Below, piece after piece: positions 14,128 through 30,100 of a stretch of DNA of 64,000 nt. Both the position numbers and the translations under genes were made by a program. This DNA is from the human T2T-CHM13v2.0 reference genome, Homo sapiens. Every line of letters starts with the position of its first letter. Within the stretch, counting starts at the first letter, position 1. Location of the stretch: the NCBI RefSeq assembly GCF_009914755.1, contig NC_060933.1; one strand, written 5' to 3'. A model generated the notes under the pieces. The model was given only the letters and a program-made list of their open reading frames with translations, did not search any database and was not told the DNA's origin.

Positions 14128-17100
14128 AACATTCTTGTTGTAGAATCTGCAAGTGGACATTTGGAGGGCTTTGAGACATATTGTGGAAAAGGAAATATCT
14201 TTACATAATAGCTACAGAGAAACATTCTGACAAACATCTTTGTGATGTGTGCATTCATCTCACAGAGTTGAACCTTTCTTTTGATTGAGCAGTTTGGAAA
14301 CACTCTTTTTGTAGAATCTGCAACTGGACATTTGGAGCACTTTGTGGTCAATGGTGGAAAAGGAAATATCTTCACATAAAAACTAGACAGAAGCAATCTG
14401 AGAAACTTCTTTTTGATGTGTGCATACATCTCACAGAGTTAAACATTTCTTGTGATGGAGCACTTTTGAAACTCTCTTTTTGTAGAATCAGCAAATGGAC
14501 ATTTTGAGCTCTTTGAGGCCTATGGTGGAAAAGGAAACATCTTCACATAAAAACTAGACGGAAGAATTCTCAGAAATTTCTTTGTGATGTGTGAGTTCAT
14601 CTCACAGAGTAGAACCTTTCTTTTGATTGAGCAGTTTGGAAACACTCTTTTTGTAGAATCTGCAAGTGGACATTTGGAGAACTTTGTGGCCTATAGCGGA
14701 AAAGGAAATATCTTCACATAAAAACTAGACAGAAGAATTCTGAGAAACTTCTTTGTGATGTGTGCATTCATCTCATAGCGTTGAGCATTTCTTCTGATTG
14801 AGCAGCTTTGAAACACTCTTTTTGTAGAATCTGCATGTGGACATTTGGAGCGCTTTGAGGCCTATAGTGGAAAAGGAAATATCTTCATATAAAAACTATA
14901 CAGAAACATTCTGACAAACTTCTTAGTGATGTGTGCATTCATCTCATAGAGTTGAACCTTTCTGTTCATTGAGCAGTTTTGAAAAACTCTTTTTGTGGAA
15001 TGTGCAATTGTACATTTGAAGCAATTTGAGGCCTATGGTTGAAAAGGAAATATGTTCACATAAAAACTAGACAGAAGCATTCTGACCAATTACTTTGTGA
15101 TGTGTGCATTCATCTAACAGAGTTGAACCTTTCTTTTGATTGAGTAGTTTGGAAATTCTCTTTTTGTAGGATCTGCAAGAGCACATTAGGAGTGCTTTGG
15201 GGCCTAAGGTGGAAAAGGTAGTATCTTCACTTAAGAAGTAGACAGAAGCATTCTGAGTAACTTCTTTGTGATGTGTGCATTCATCTCACAGAGTTGAACC
15301 TATCTTTTGATTGAGTAGCTTAGAAACTCTCTTTTTGTAGAATCTGCAAGTGGACATTTGGAGCGCATTGAGGCCTATGGTGGAAAAGGAAATATCTTCA
15401 TTTAAGAAGTAGACAGAAGCATTCTGTGAAACTGCTTTGTGATGTGTGCATTCCTCTCACAGAGCTGAAACTTTATTTTAATTGAGCAGTTTTGAAAAAC
15501 TCTTTTTCTAGAAATTGCAAGTGGACATTTGGAGTGCTTTGCAGCCGATGGTGGAAAAGGAAATATCTTCACATACAAACTAGACAAAAGCATTCTGACA
15601 AGCTTATTTGTGATGGGTGCATTCATCTCAAAGAGTTGAACCTTACTTTCGATTGAGCAGTTTTGAAACACTCTTTTTGTAGAATCTGCAAGTGGACATT
15701 TGGAGAGCTTTGAGGCCTGTGGTGGAAAAGGAAATATCTTCACACAAAACTAGACAGAAGCATTCTGAGAAACTTATGTGTAATATATGCATTCATCTCA
15801 CAGAGTTTCAACTTTCTTTTGATTGAGCAACTTTGAAACACTCTTTTTGTAGTATCTGCAAGTGGACATTTTTGGCGCTTTGAGGCAATGGTGGAAAAGG
15901 AAATAGCTTCACATAAAAACTATACAGAAACATTCTGAAAAACTTCACTGACGTGTGGATTCATCTCCCAGAGTTGAACCTTTCTTTTGATTGAACAGTT
16001 TTGAAAGACTCTTTTTGTAGAATCTGAATTTGGACATTTGGTGCACTTTGCGGCCTATGGTAGGAAAGGAAATATCTTCACATAAAAACTAGACAGAAGC
16101 ATTCTGACAAACTTCTTTGTGATTTGTGCATTCATCTCACAGAGTTGAACCTTTCTTTTGATTGAGCGGCTTTGAAACACTCTTTTTGTAGAATCTGCAT
16201 GTGGACTTTTAGAGCTCTTTGAGGCTTATGGTGGAAAATGAAATATCTTCACATAAAAACTATACAGAAACATTCTGATAAACTTCTTTGTTATGTGTGC
16301 ATTCTTCTCACAGATTTGAACCTTTATTTCCATTGAGCAGTTTTGAAAAACTCTTTTTGTGGAATCTGCAATTGTACATTTGAAGCGCTTTGAAGCCTAT
16401 GGCTTAAAAGGAAATATGTTCACATAAAAACTAGACAGAATCATTCATAGAAAATCCTTTGTGTTGTGTGCATTCATCTCACCGGGTTGAACATTTCTTT
16501 TGATTGAGCAGGTTTAAACACTCTTTTTGTAGAATCTGCAAGTGGACATTAGGAGCCCTTTGAGTCCTGTGGTGGAATAGGAATTATCTTCATTTAAGAA
16601 CTAGACAGAAGCATTCTGAGAAACTTCTTTGTGATGTGTGCGTTCATCTCACAGAGTTGAAACTTTCTTTTCATTGAGCAGTTTTGAAACAATCTTTTTG
16701 TAGAATCTGCAAGTAGACATTTGGAGCGCTTTGTGGCCTATGGTGGAAAAGGAAACATCTATACATGAAAACTAGACAGAAGCATTCTGACAAACTTCTT
16801 TGTGATGTGTGCTTTCATATCACAGAGTTGAATATTTCTTTTGCTTGAGCAGTTTGGAAACACTCTTTTTATAGAAACCGCATGTGGACATTTGGAGTGC
16901 TTTGAGGCCTACGGTGGAAAAGGAAACATCTTCATATGAAAACTAGACAAAAGCATTCTGACAGACTTTTTTTGATGTGAGAATTCACCTCACAGAGTTG
17001 AACCCTACCTTCGATTGAGCAGTTTTGAAACACTCTTTTTGTAGTGTCCAGAATTGGACATTTGGAGTACTTAGAGTCCTATGGAGGAAAAGGAAATATC

Positions 17101-17883
17101 TTCATATAAAAACTAGAGAGAAGTGTTTTGAGAAACTCTTTGTGATGTGTGCATGCATTCATCTCACAGATTTGAAACTTTCTTTTGATTCAGCAGCTTT
17201 GAAACACTCTTTTTGTAGCATCTAGAATTGGACATTTGGAGCGCTTAGAGTCCTATGGTGGAAAAGGAAATATATTCACGTAAAAACTAGAGAGAATCAT
17301 TCAGAGAAAATTCTTTGTGATGTGTGCATTCATCTCACAGAGTTAAACCGTTATTTTGATGGAGCAGTTTGGAAAAACTTTTTTTGTACGATCTGGATGT
17401 TTACATTTGGAGCGTTTTGAGGCCTATGGTGTAAAAGGAAATATCTTCAAATAAAAACTAGACAGAAACATTCTGAGAAACTTCTTTGTGATGGGTGCAT
17501 TCATCTCACAGAGTTGAACATTTCTTTTGATTCAGCAGCTTTGAAACACTCTTTTTGTAGAATATGCAAGAGGACATTTGGAGTGCTTTGAGGCCAATGG
17601 TGGAAAAGGAAATATCTTCACATAAAAACTAGACAGAAGCATTCTGAGAAACTTCTTTGTGACATGTGCATTCATCTCAGAGTGTTGAACCTTTCTTTTG
17701 ATTGAGCAGCTTTGAAACACTCTTTTTTTAGAATCTGCATGTGCAGATTTGGAGTGCTTTGAGGCCAATGGTGGAAAAGGAAATATCTTCACATAAAAAG
17801 GATTCAGAAATATTCTGAGAAACTTCTTCCTGATGTGTGCATTCATGTCACAGAGTTGAACCTTTATTTCATTGAGCAGTTTT
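14128..17883 (+). repeat. Alpha satellite, monomeric A-type (continuation)
   Basis: Same 171-bp units resume in register after the L1. Confidence 0.98.
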
Positions 17884-19758
<1,875 letters not shown>

Positions 19759-21120
19759 CATTGAGCAGTTTTGAAAAACTCTTTTTGTAATATCTGCAAG
19801 TGGACATTTGGAGCGCTTTTTGGCCTATGGTGGAAAAGGAAATATCTTCATTTAAGAACTAGATGGAAGCATTCTGTGAAACTGCTTTGTGATGTGCGCA
19901 TTCCTCTCACAGAGCTGAAACTTTATTTTAATTGAGCAGTTTTGAGAACTCTCATTTTGTAGAATCTGCAAGTGGGCATTTGGAGCACTTTGCGGCCTAT
20001 GGTGGAAAAGGAAATATCTTCACATTAAAACTAGGCAGAAGCATTCTGACAAGCTTATTTGTCATTTATCTCATGGAGTTGACATTTATCTCATGGAGTT
20101 GAACTTAACTTTCGATAGAGCAGTTTTGAAACACTCTTTTTGTAGAATCTGCAAGTGGATATTTGGAGAGCTTTGAGGCCTGTGGTGGAAAAGGAAATAT
20201 CTTCACACAAAACTAGACAGAAGCAATGTGACAAAGTTTTTGTGATGTGTGCATTCATCTCGCAGAGTGGAACCTTAATTTCAATTGAGCAGTTTTGAAA
20301 CACTCCTTTTGTAGAATCTGTAAGTGGACATTTGGAGCGCTTTGATGCCTATGGTGGAAAACGAAATATTTTCACATAATAACTAGACAGAAGCATTCTG
20401 AGAAACTTCTATGTGATGTGTGCATTCATCTCATAGAGTTGAAACTTTCTTTTGATTGAGCCACTTTGAAACACTCTTTCTGTAGTATCTGCAAGTGGAC
20501 ATTTTTGGCGCTTTGAGGCAATGGTGGAAAAAGAAATATCTTCACACAAGAACTATACAGAAACATTCTGAAAAACTTCACTGAGATGTGTGGATTCATC
20601 TCACAGAGTAGAACCTTTCTTTTGATTGAGCAGTTTTGAAAGACTCTTTTTGTAGAATCTGCATGTGGACATTTGGAGCTCTTCGAGGCCTATGGTGGAA
20701 AAGTAAATACCTTAATATAAAAACTATACAGAAATATTCTGACGAACTTCTTTGTTATGTGTACATTCTTCACACAGATTAGAACCTTTCTTTTCATTGA
20801 GCAGTTTTGAAAAACTCTTTTTGTGGAATCTGCAAGTGTACATTTGAAGCGCTTTGAGGCCTATGGTTTAAAAGGAAATATGTCCACATAAAAACTAGAC
20901 AGAATCATTCATAGAAAATCCTTTGTGTTGTGGGCATTCATCTCACCGGGTTGAACATTTCTTTTGATTGAGCAGGTTTAAAAACTCTTTTTGTAGAATC
21001 TGCAAGTGGACATTGGGAGCCCTTTGAGTCCTATGGTGGAATAGGAAACATCATCATTTAAGAACTAGACAGAAGCATTCTGAGAAACATCTTTGTGATG
21101 TGTGCATTCATCTCACAGAG
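19759..21120 (+). repeat. Alpha satellite, monomeric A-type (end of the first layer)
   Basis: 'aagcattctg' monomers; paralogous to 15350-16620. Confidence 0.93.
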
Positions 21121-24100
21121 TTAAACATTTCTTTTGATTGAGCTGTCTTGAAACTCTATTTTGTAGAATCTGCAAGTGGACATTTGGAGCGCTTTGAGGC
21201 TTATGGTAGAAAAGGAAATATCTTCACATAAAATCTAGACAAAAGCAATCTGAGAAACTTCTTTGTGATGTGTGCATTCATCTCACAGAGTTAAAATTTT
21301 TTTTGATTGAGCAGTTTTGAAACTCTCTTTTTGTAGAATCTGCAAGTGGACATTTGGAGCCCTTTTAGGCCTATGGTGGAAAAAGAAATATCTTCACATA
21401 AAATCTAGACAGAAGAATTCTGAGAAACTTCTTGGTGATGTGTGCGTTCATCTCACAGAGTTGAAAATTTCTTTTGATTGAGCAGTTTGGAAACTCTCTT
21501 TTTGTAGAATCTGCAAGTGGACATTTGGAGCACTATGCGGCCTATGGTAGAAAAGGAAATATCTTCACATAAAACCTACACAGAAGCAATCTGAGAAACT
21601 TCTTTGTGATGCGTGCTTTCATCTCACAGAGTTAAACCTTTCTTTTGATTGAGGAGTTTTGAAACTCTCTTTTTGTAGAATCTGCAAGTGGACAATTGGA
21701 GCACTTTGAGGCCTTTGGTGGAAAAGAAAATATCTCCACATAATAGACAGAAGATTTCTGAGAAACTTCTTTGTGATGTATGCATTCATGTCACAGATTT
21801 GAACATTTCTGTTGATTGAGTAGTTTGGAAACACTCTTTTTTAGAATCTGCAAGTGGACATTTGGAGCGCTTTGCGGCCTATGGTAGAAAAGGAATTATC
21901 TTCACATAATATCTAGACAGAAGCAATCTGAGAAACTTCTTTGTGATATGTGCATTCATCTCACAGAGTTAAGCCATTCTTTTGATTGAGCAGTTTTGAA
22001 CCTCTCTTTTCGTAGACTCTGCAAGTGGACATTTCGAGCACTTTGAGGCTTATGGTGAAAAAGGAAATATCTTCCCATAAAAAGTAGACAGAAGAATTCC
22101 GAAAAACTTTGTGATGGGCACGTTCATCTCACAGAGTTGAAACTTTCTTTTGATTGAGCAGTTTGGAAACCCTCTTTTTATAGACTCTGCAAGTGGACAT
22201 TTGGAGCACTTTGCGGCCTATGGTAGACTAGGAAATATGTTCACATAAAATCTAGACAGAAGTAATCTGAGAAACAACTTTGTGATGTGTACATTCGTCT
22301 CACAGAGATAAACATTTCTTTTGATTGAGCAGTTTTGAAACTGTCTTTTTGTAGAATCTGCAAGTGGACATTTGGAGCGCTTTGAGGCCTATGGTGGAAA
22401 AGGAAATATCTTCACATAAAAACTACATAGAAGCATTCTGAGAAAGATTTTGTGATGTGCGCATTCATCACCCAGAGTTGAATCTTTCTTTTGAAGGACC
22501 AGTTTTGAAATACTCTGTTTGTAGAATCTTCAAGTGGACATTTCGAGTGCCTTGAGGCCTATGGTTTAAAAGGAAATATCTTCACATAAAAACAAGACAG
22601 AAGAATTCTGAGAAAGTTCTTTGTGATATGTGCGTGCATCTCGCAGAATTGAGCCTTTCTTTTGATTGAGCAGTGTTTAAACCCTCTTTTTGTAGAATCT
22701 GCAAATGGTCATTTGGAGCACTTTGAAGCCTACGGTGGAAAAGGAATTTATCTTCACATAAAAACTAGAGAGAAGAATTCTGACAAACTTCTTTGTGATG
22801 TGTGCTTTCATCTCACAGAGTTGAAACTTTCTTTTGATTGAGCTGTTTGGAAACACTCTTTTTGTAGAGTCTGCAAGTGGACATTTGGAGCACTTTGTGG
22901 CCTATGATAGAAAAAGAAATATCTTCACATAAAATTCAGACAGAGCCAGTCTGAGAAACTACTTTGTGATGTGTGCATTCATTTCACAGAGTGAAAACTT
23001 TAGTTTGGTTGAGCAGTTTTGAAACTCTCTTTTTGTAGAATCTGCAAGTGGACATTTGGAGCACTTTTAGGCCTATGGTGGAAAAGGAAATATCTTCACA
23101 TAAATACTAGACAGAAGAATTCTGAGAAACTTCTTTGTGATGTGTGCATTAATCTCACTGAGTTGAACCTTCATTTTGATTGAACATTTTGGAAGCACTC
23201 CTTTTGCAGAATCTGCAAGTGCAGATTTGGAGCGCTTTGCGGCCAGTGGTAGAAAAGGAAATACCTGCACATAAAATCTAGACACAAGCAATATGAGAAA
23301 ATTCTTTGTGATGTGTGCATTCATCTCAGAGACTTAAACATTTCTTTTGAAGGAGCATTTTTTAAACTCTGTTTTTGTAGAATCTGGAAGTGTACATTTG
23401 GAGCGGTTTGAGGACAATGTGGAAAAGAAAATATCTTCACATCAAAACCAGATTGAAGAATACTGAGAAACTTCTTTGTGATGTGTGCGTTCATCTCACA
23501 GAGTGGAACCTTTCTTTTGATTGAGCTGTTTGGAAACACTCTTTTTGTAGAATCTGCAAGTGGACATTTGGGGCACTTTGTGGCCTATGGTAGAAAAGGA
23601 AATATCTTCACATAGAATTCAGACAGAAGCAATCTGAGAAACTACTTTGTGATGTGCACATTCATTTCACAGAGTTAAACTTTTCTTTTGATTGAGCTGT
23701 CTTGAAACTCTATTTTGTAGAACCTGCAAGTGGACATTTGGAGCGCTTTGAGGCCTATGGCAGTAAAAGAAACATCTTCACATAAAATCTAGACAAAAGC
23801 AATCTGAGAAACTTCTTTGTGATGTGTGCTTTCATCTCACAGAGTTAAAAGTTTTTTTTGATTGAGCAGTTTTGAAACTCTCTTTTTGTAGAATCTGCAA
23901 GTGAAAATTTGGAGCACTTTTAGGCCTATGTTTGAAAAGGAAATATCTTCCCATAAAAACTAGACAGAAGAATTCTGAGAAACTTCTTTGTGATGTGTGC
24001 GTTCATCTCACAGAGTTGAAACTTCCTTTTGATTGAGCAGTTTGGAAACACTCTTTTTGTAAAATCTACAAGTGGACACTTGGAGTGCTTTGGGGCCTAA

Positions 24101-27100
24101 GGTAGAAAAGGAAATATCTTCAAATAAAACCAAGACAGAAGCAATCTGAGAAACTTCTTTGTGATGTGTGCATTCATCTCACAGAGTTGAACCTTCCTTT
24201 TCATTGAGCAGTTTGGAATCACTCTTTTTGTAGAACGTGCAAGTGGACATTTGGAGCGCTTTGCGGACTATGGTAGAAAAGGAAATATCTTCACATTAAA
24301 TCTAGACAGAAGCAATCTGAGAAATTTCTTTGTGACATGTGCATTCGTCTCACAGAGTTAAACCTTCTTTTTGATAGAGCAGTATTGAAACTCTCTTTTT
24401 GTAGTATCTGCAAGTGGACATTTGGAGTACTTTCAGGCCTACGGTGGAAAAGGAAATATCTTCACATAAAAACTAGACAGAAGAATTCAGACAAACTTCT
24501 TTGTGATGTGTGCGTTCATCTCACAGAATTGAGCCTTTCTTTTGATTGAGCAGTGTTGAAACCCTCTTTTTGTAGAATCTGCAAATTGTCATTTGGAGCG
24601 CTTTGAGGCCTACGGTGGAAAAGGAATTTATCTTCACATAAAAACTAGAGAGAAGAATTCTGACAAACTTCTTTGTGATGTGTGTGTTCATCTCACAGAG
24701 TTGAAACTTTTGATCCAGCAGCTTGGAAAGAGTCTTTTTGTAGAATCTGCAAGTGGACATTCGGAGTGCTTTTTGGCCTATGGAAGAAAACGAAATATCT
24801 TCATATAAAATCTAGACAGTAGCAATCTGAGAAACTTCTTTGTAATGTGTGCATTCAACTCACAGAGTTAAAACTTCATTTGATTGAGCAGTTTTGAAAC
24901 TCTCTTTTTGTAGAATCTGCAAGTGGACATTTGGAGCACTTTGAGGTCTATGGTGGAAAAGGAAATATCTTCACATAAAAACTAGACAGAAGATTTCTGA
25001 CAAACTTCTTTGTGATGTGTGTGTTCATCTCACTGAGTTGAAACTTTATTTTGATTGAGTAGTTTGGAAACACTCGTTTTGTAGAATCTGCTAATGGAGA
25101 TTTAGAGCACTTTGCGGCCTATGGTAGAAAAGGAAATACCTTCACATAAAATGTAGACAGAAGCAATATGAGATAATTCTTTGTGATATGTGCATTCTTC
25201 TCACAGTGTTAAACATTGCTTTTGATTGAGCATTTTTGAAACTCTGTTTTGTAGAATCTGGAAGTGTACATTTGGAGTGGTTTGAGGCCAATGTGGAAAT
25301 AGAAATATCTTCACATAAAAACTAGAAAGAAGAATACTGAGAAACTTCTTTGTGATGTGTGCATTTATCTCACAGTGTTAAAACTTTTTTTTGATTGAGC
25401 AGTTTTGAAACTCTCTTTTTGTAAAATCTGCAAGTGGACATTTGGAGCGCTTTTAGGCCTATGGTGGAAAAGGAAACATCTTCCCATAAAAACTAGACAG
25501 AAGAATTCTGATAAACTTCTTGGTGATCTGTGCATTCATCTCACAGAGTTGAAACTTTCTTTTGATTGAGCAGTTTGGAAACAATCTTTCTGTAGAATCT
25601 GCAAGTGGACATTTAGAGTGCTTTACAGCCTATGGTAGAAAAGGAAATATCTTCACATAAAACCTAGACAGAAGCAACCTGAGAAACTTTTTTGTGATGT
25701 GTGCATTCATCTCACAGAGTTAAACCTTTCTTTTGATTCAGCAGTTTTGAAACTCTCTTTTTGTTGAATCTGCAAGTGGACATTTATAGCACTTTGAGAA
25801 CTATGATGGAAAAGGAATATCTTCACAAAAAAAACTAGACAGAAGAATTCTGAGAAACTTCATTCTGATATGTGCGTTCATCTCACAGAGTTGAACCTTT
25901 CTTTTGATTGAGCAGTTTGGAAACACTTTTTTTGTAGAATCTGCAAGTGGACATTTGGAGCGCTCTGCGGCCTATGTTAGAAAAGGAAATACCTTCACAT
26001 AAAATCTAGACAGAAGCAATCAGAGAAACTTTCTTGTGATGTGTGCATTCATCTCACAGAGGTAAATATTTCCTTTGAGCAGTTGTGAAACTCTCTTTAT
26101 GTATAATCTGCAAGTGGACATTTGGAGTGCTTTGAGGCCTATGGTGGAAAACGAAACATCTTGATATAAAAACTAGACAGAAGAATTCTGAGAAACTCCT
26201 GCGTTATACGTGCGTTTATCTCACAGAGTTGAAACTTTCTTTTGATTGAGCAGTTTGGAAACACTCTTTTTGTAGAATCTGCAAGTGGACATTTGGAACG
26301 CATTGAGCCTTATGGTTGAAAAGGAAATATCTTCACATAAAATCTAGACAGAAGCATTATGAGAAACTTTTTGTGATGTGTGCATTCATTTCAAAGAGTT
26401 AAGCCTTTCTTTTGATTGAGCAGTTTTGAAACTCTCTTTTTGTAGGATCTGCAAGTGGACATTTGGAGCGCTTTGAGGCCTATGGTGGTAAAGGAAATAT
26501 CTTCACATAAAAACTAGACAGAAGAATTCTGAGAAACTTCTTTGTGATGTGTGGGTTCATATCACACGTTGAAACTTTCTTTTGATTGGGCAGTTTAAAC
26601 ACTGTTTTTGTAGAATCTGCAACTGGACATTTGTAGCGCTTTTAGTCCTATGTTGGAAAAGGAAACATCTTCACATAAAAAATAGACAGAAGAATTCTGA
26701 GAAACTTCTTTGTGATGTGTATATTCATGCCATAGAGTTGAAACTTTCTTTTGGTTGAGCAGTTTGGAAACACTCTTTTGTAGAACCTGCAAGTGGAGAT
26801 TTGCAGCGCTTTTTGGCCTATGGTAGATAAGATAATATGTTCATATAAAATCTAGACAGAAGCAATCTGAGAAACATTTTGTGATGTGTGCATTCATCTC
26901 ACAGAGTTAAACCTTTATTTTAATTGAGCAGTTTTGAAACTCTCTTTTTATAGAATCTGTAAGTGGACATTTGGAGCGCTTTGCAACCTATGCTGGAAAA
27001 GGAAATATCTTCACATTAAAACTAGATAGAAGAATTCTGAGAAACTTCTTTGTGATGTGTGCGTTCATCTCACAGAGTTAAACCTTATTTATGATTGAAC

Positions 27101-30100
27101 AGTTTGGAAACACAATTTTTGTAGAAACTGCAAGTTTACATTTGGAGAGCTTTGCGGGCTATGCTAGAAAAGGAAATATCTTCACATAAAAACTAGACAG
27201 AAGAATTCTGACAGACTTCTTTGTGATGTTTGCGTTCATCTCACAGAGTGGAATCTTTCTTTTGATAGAGCAGTTTTGAAACTCTCTTTTTGTAGAATGT
27301 GCAAGTGGACATTTGGACCACTTTGTGGCCTATGTTGGAAAAGGAAATATCTTCACATAAAATCTAGACTGAAGAATTCTGAGAAACTTCTTTTTGAAGT
27401 GTGTTTTCATCTCATTTGAACTTTCCTTATGATTGAGCAGTCTGGAAACACTCTTTTTGCAGAATCTGCAAGTGAACATTTGGTGTGTTTTGCAGCCTAT
27501 GGTTGAAAAGGAACTATCTCCATATAAAATCTAGACAGAAGTAATCTGAGAAACTTCTTTCTGATGTGTGCATTGATCTCATAGAGTTTAACCTTTCTTT
27601 TGATTCAGCAGTTTTGAAACTCTCTTTTTGTAATATCTGCAAGTGGACATGTGGTGCGCTTTGAGGCCTATGGTGGAATAGGAAATATCTTCACACAAAA
27701 AATAGATAGAAGCATTCTGTGAAACTTCTTTGTGATGTGTGCATTCATCTCCCAAGTTTGAACCTTTCTTTTGATGGACTAGTTTTGAAATACTCTTTTC
27801 GTGGAATCTGCAAGTGGACATTTCGAGCGCATTAAGGTCTATGGTGGAAAATGAAATATCTTCACATAAAAACTAGACAGAAAAATTTTGAGAAACTTCT
27901 TTGTTTTTTGTGCTTTCATCTCACAGAGTTGAATCTTTCTTTTATTTGAGCAGTTTTGAAACACTCTTTTTGAAGGGTCTGCAAGTGGACATTTGGAGTG
28001 CTTTGCTGCCTATGGTAGGAAAGGAAATATCTTCACATAAAATATAGACGGAAGCAATCTGTGAAGCTTCTTTGTGAAGTGTGCATTCGTCTCACAGAGT
28101 TAAACCTTTCTTTTGATTGAGCAGTTTTGAAACTTTCTTTTTGAGGAATTTGCAAGGGGACATATGGAGCGTTTTGTGGCCTATGGTGGAAAAGGAAATA
28201 CCTTCGCAAAAAACTAGACAGAAGAATTCTGAGAAACTATTTTGTGATGTGTGCGTTCATCTCACAGATTTGAACCTTTCTTTTGATTGAGCAGTTTTGA
28301 TACTCTGTTTTTGTAGTGTCTGCAAGTGAACATTTGGTACGCTCTTTGGCCTATGGTAGAAAATGAGGTATCTTCACATAATATCTAGACAGAAGCAATC
28401 TGAGAAACTTCTTTGTGATGCGTGCATTCATCTCACAGAGTTAAACCTTTCGTTTGAGCCGTTTTGAAACTCTGTTTTTGTAGAATCTTCAAGTGGACAT
28501 TTGGAGCACTTTGAGGCCTATGGTGAAAAAGGAAATATCTTCACATAAAAACTAGACAGAAGAATTCTGACAAACTTCTTTGAAATGAGTGCACTCGTCT
28601 CACAGAGTTGAACCTTTCTTTTGATTGAGCATTTGAAAACACTTTTTTTTGTAGAATCGGCAAGTGGACATTTGTTCCGCTTTGTGACCTATGGTAGAAA
28701 ATGATATATCTTCACATAAAATCTCGACAGACGCAATCTGAGAAACTTCTTTCTGATGCGTGCATTCATCTCACAAAGTTAAACTTTTCTTTTGCTTGAG
28801 AAGTTTTGAAACTATCTTTTTGTAGAATCTGCAAGTGGACATTTGGAAAGCTTTGAGGCGTATGGTGGAAAAGGAAATATCTTCACATTAAAAGTAGACA
28901 GAAGAATTCCGACAAACTTCTTTGAGATGTGTGCATTCATCTCTCAAAGTTGAACCTTTCTTTTGATTGAGCAGTTTCGAAGCACTCTTTTTGTAGAATC
29001 TGTAAGTAGACATTTGCAGTGCTTTGAGGCCTATGGTGGAAAAGGAAATATCTTCACATAAAATCTAACAGAAGCAATCTGAGAAACTTCTTTGTGATGT
29101 GTGCTTTCATCTAACAGAGTTAAACATTTCTTTTGATGGAGGAGTTTTGAAACTCTCTTTTAGTAGAATCTGCAAGTGGACATTTGGAGCACTTTTAGGC
29201 CTATGGTGGAAAAGAAACTATCTTCACATAAAAACTAGACAGAAGAATTCTGATAAACTTCTTTGTGATGCATGAGTTCATCTGACAGAGTTGAACCGTT
29301 CTTTCAATTGAGGAGTTTGGAAACACTCTTTTTTTAGAATCTGGAAGTGGACATTTGGAGTGCTTTGAGGCCTATGGTGGAAAAGGAAATATCTTCACAT
29401 AAAATCTAACAGAAGCAATCTGAGAAACTTCATTGTGATGTGCACATTCATCTCACAGAGTTGAACCATTCCTTTCATTGAGCACTTTTGAAACTCTCTT
29501 TTTGTAAAATGTGCAAGTGGAATTTTGGAGCACTTTGAGGCCTATGGTGGAAAGGAAATATCTTCACATAAAAACTAGACAGAAGAATTCTGAGAAAGGT
29601 TTTGTGATGTGTGCGTTCAGCTCACAGAGTTGAACTTTTCTTATGATTGAGCAGTTTTGAAACACTCTTTTTGTAGAATCTGCAAGTGGATATTTGGTGT
29701 CCTTTGCAGCCTATTGTATAAAAGGAAATATCTTCACATAAAATCCAGACAGAGTCTCAGAAACTTGTCTGTGATTTGTGCATTCATCTCACAGAGTTAA
29801 ACATTTATTTTGATTGAGCAGTTTTGAGACTCTCTTTTTGTAGAATCTGCAAGTGGACCTTTGGAGCGCTTTGAAGCCTATGGTGGAAAAGGAAATATCT
29901 TCACACAAAAACGAGACAGAAGAATTCTGAGAAACTTTTTTGTGATGCGTGCGTTCATCTCAGAGAATTGAACTTTTCTTTTGGTTGACCAGGTTGGAAA
30001 CACCCTTTTTGTAGAATCTGCAAATGGACATTTGGTGCACTTTGTGTCTTATGGTAGAAAATGAAATATCTTCACATAAAATCTAGACAGAATAAATCTG

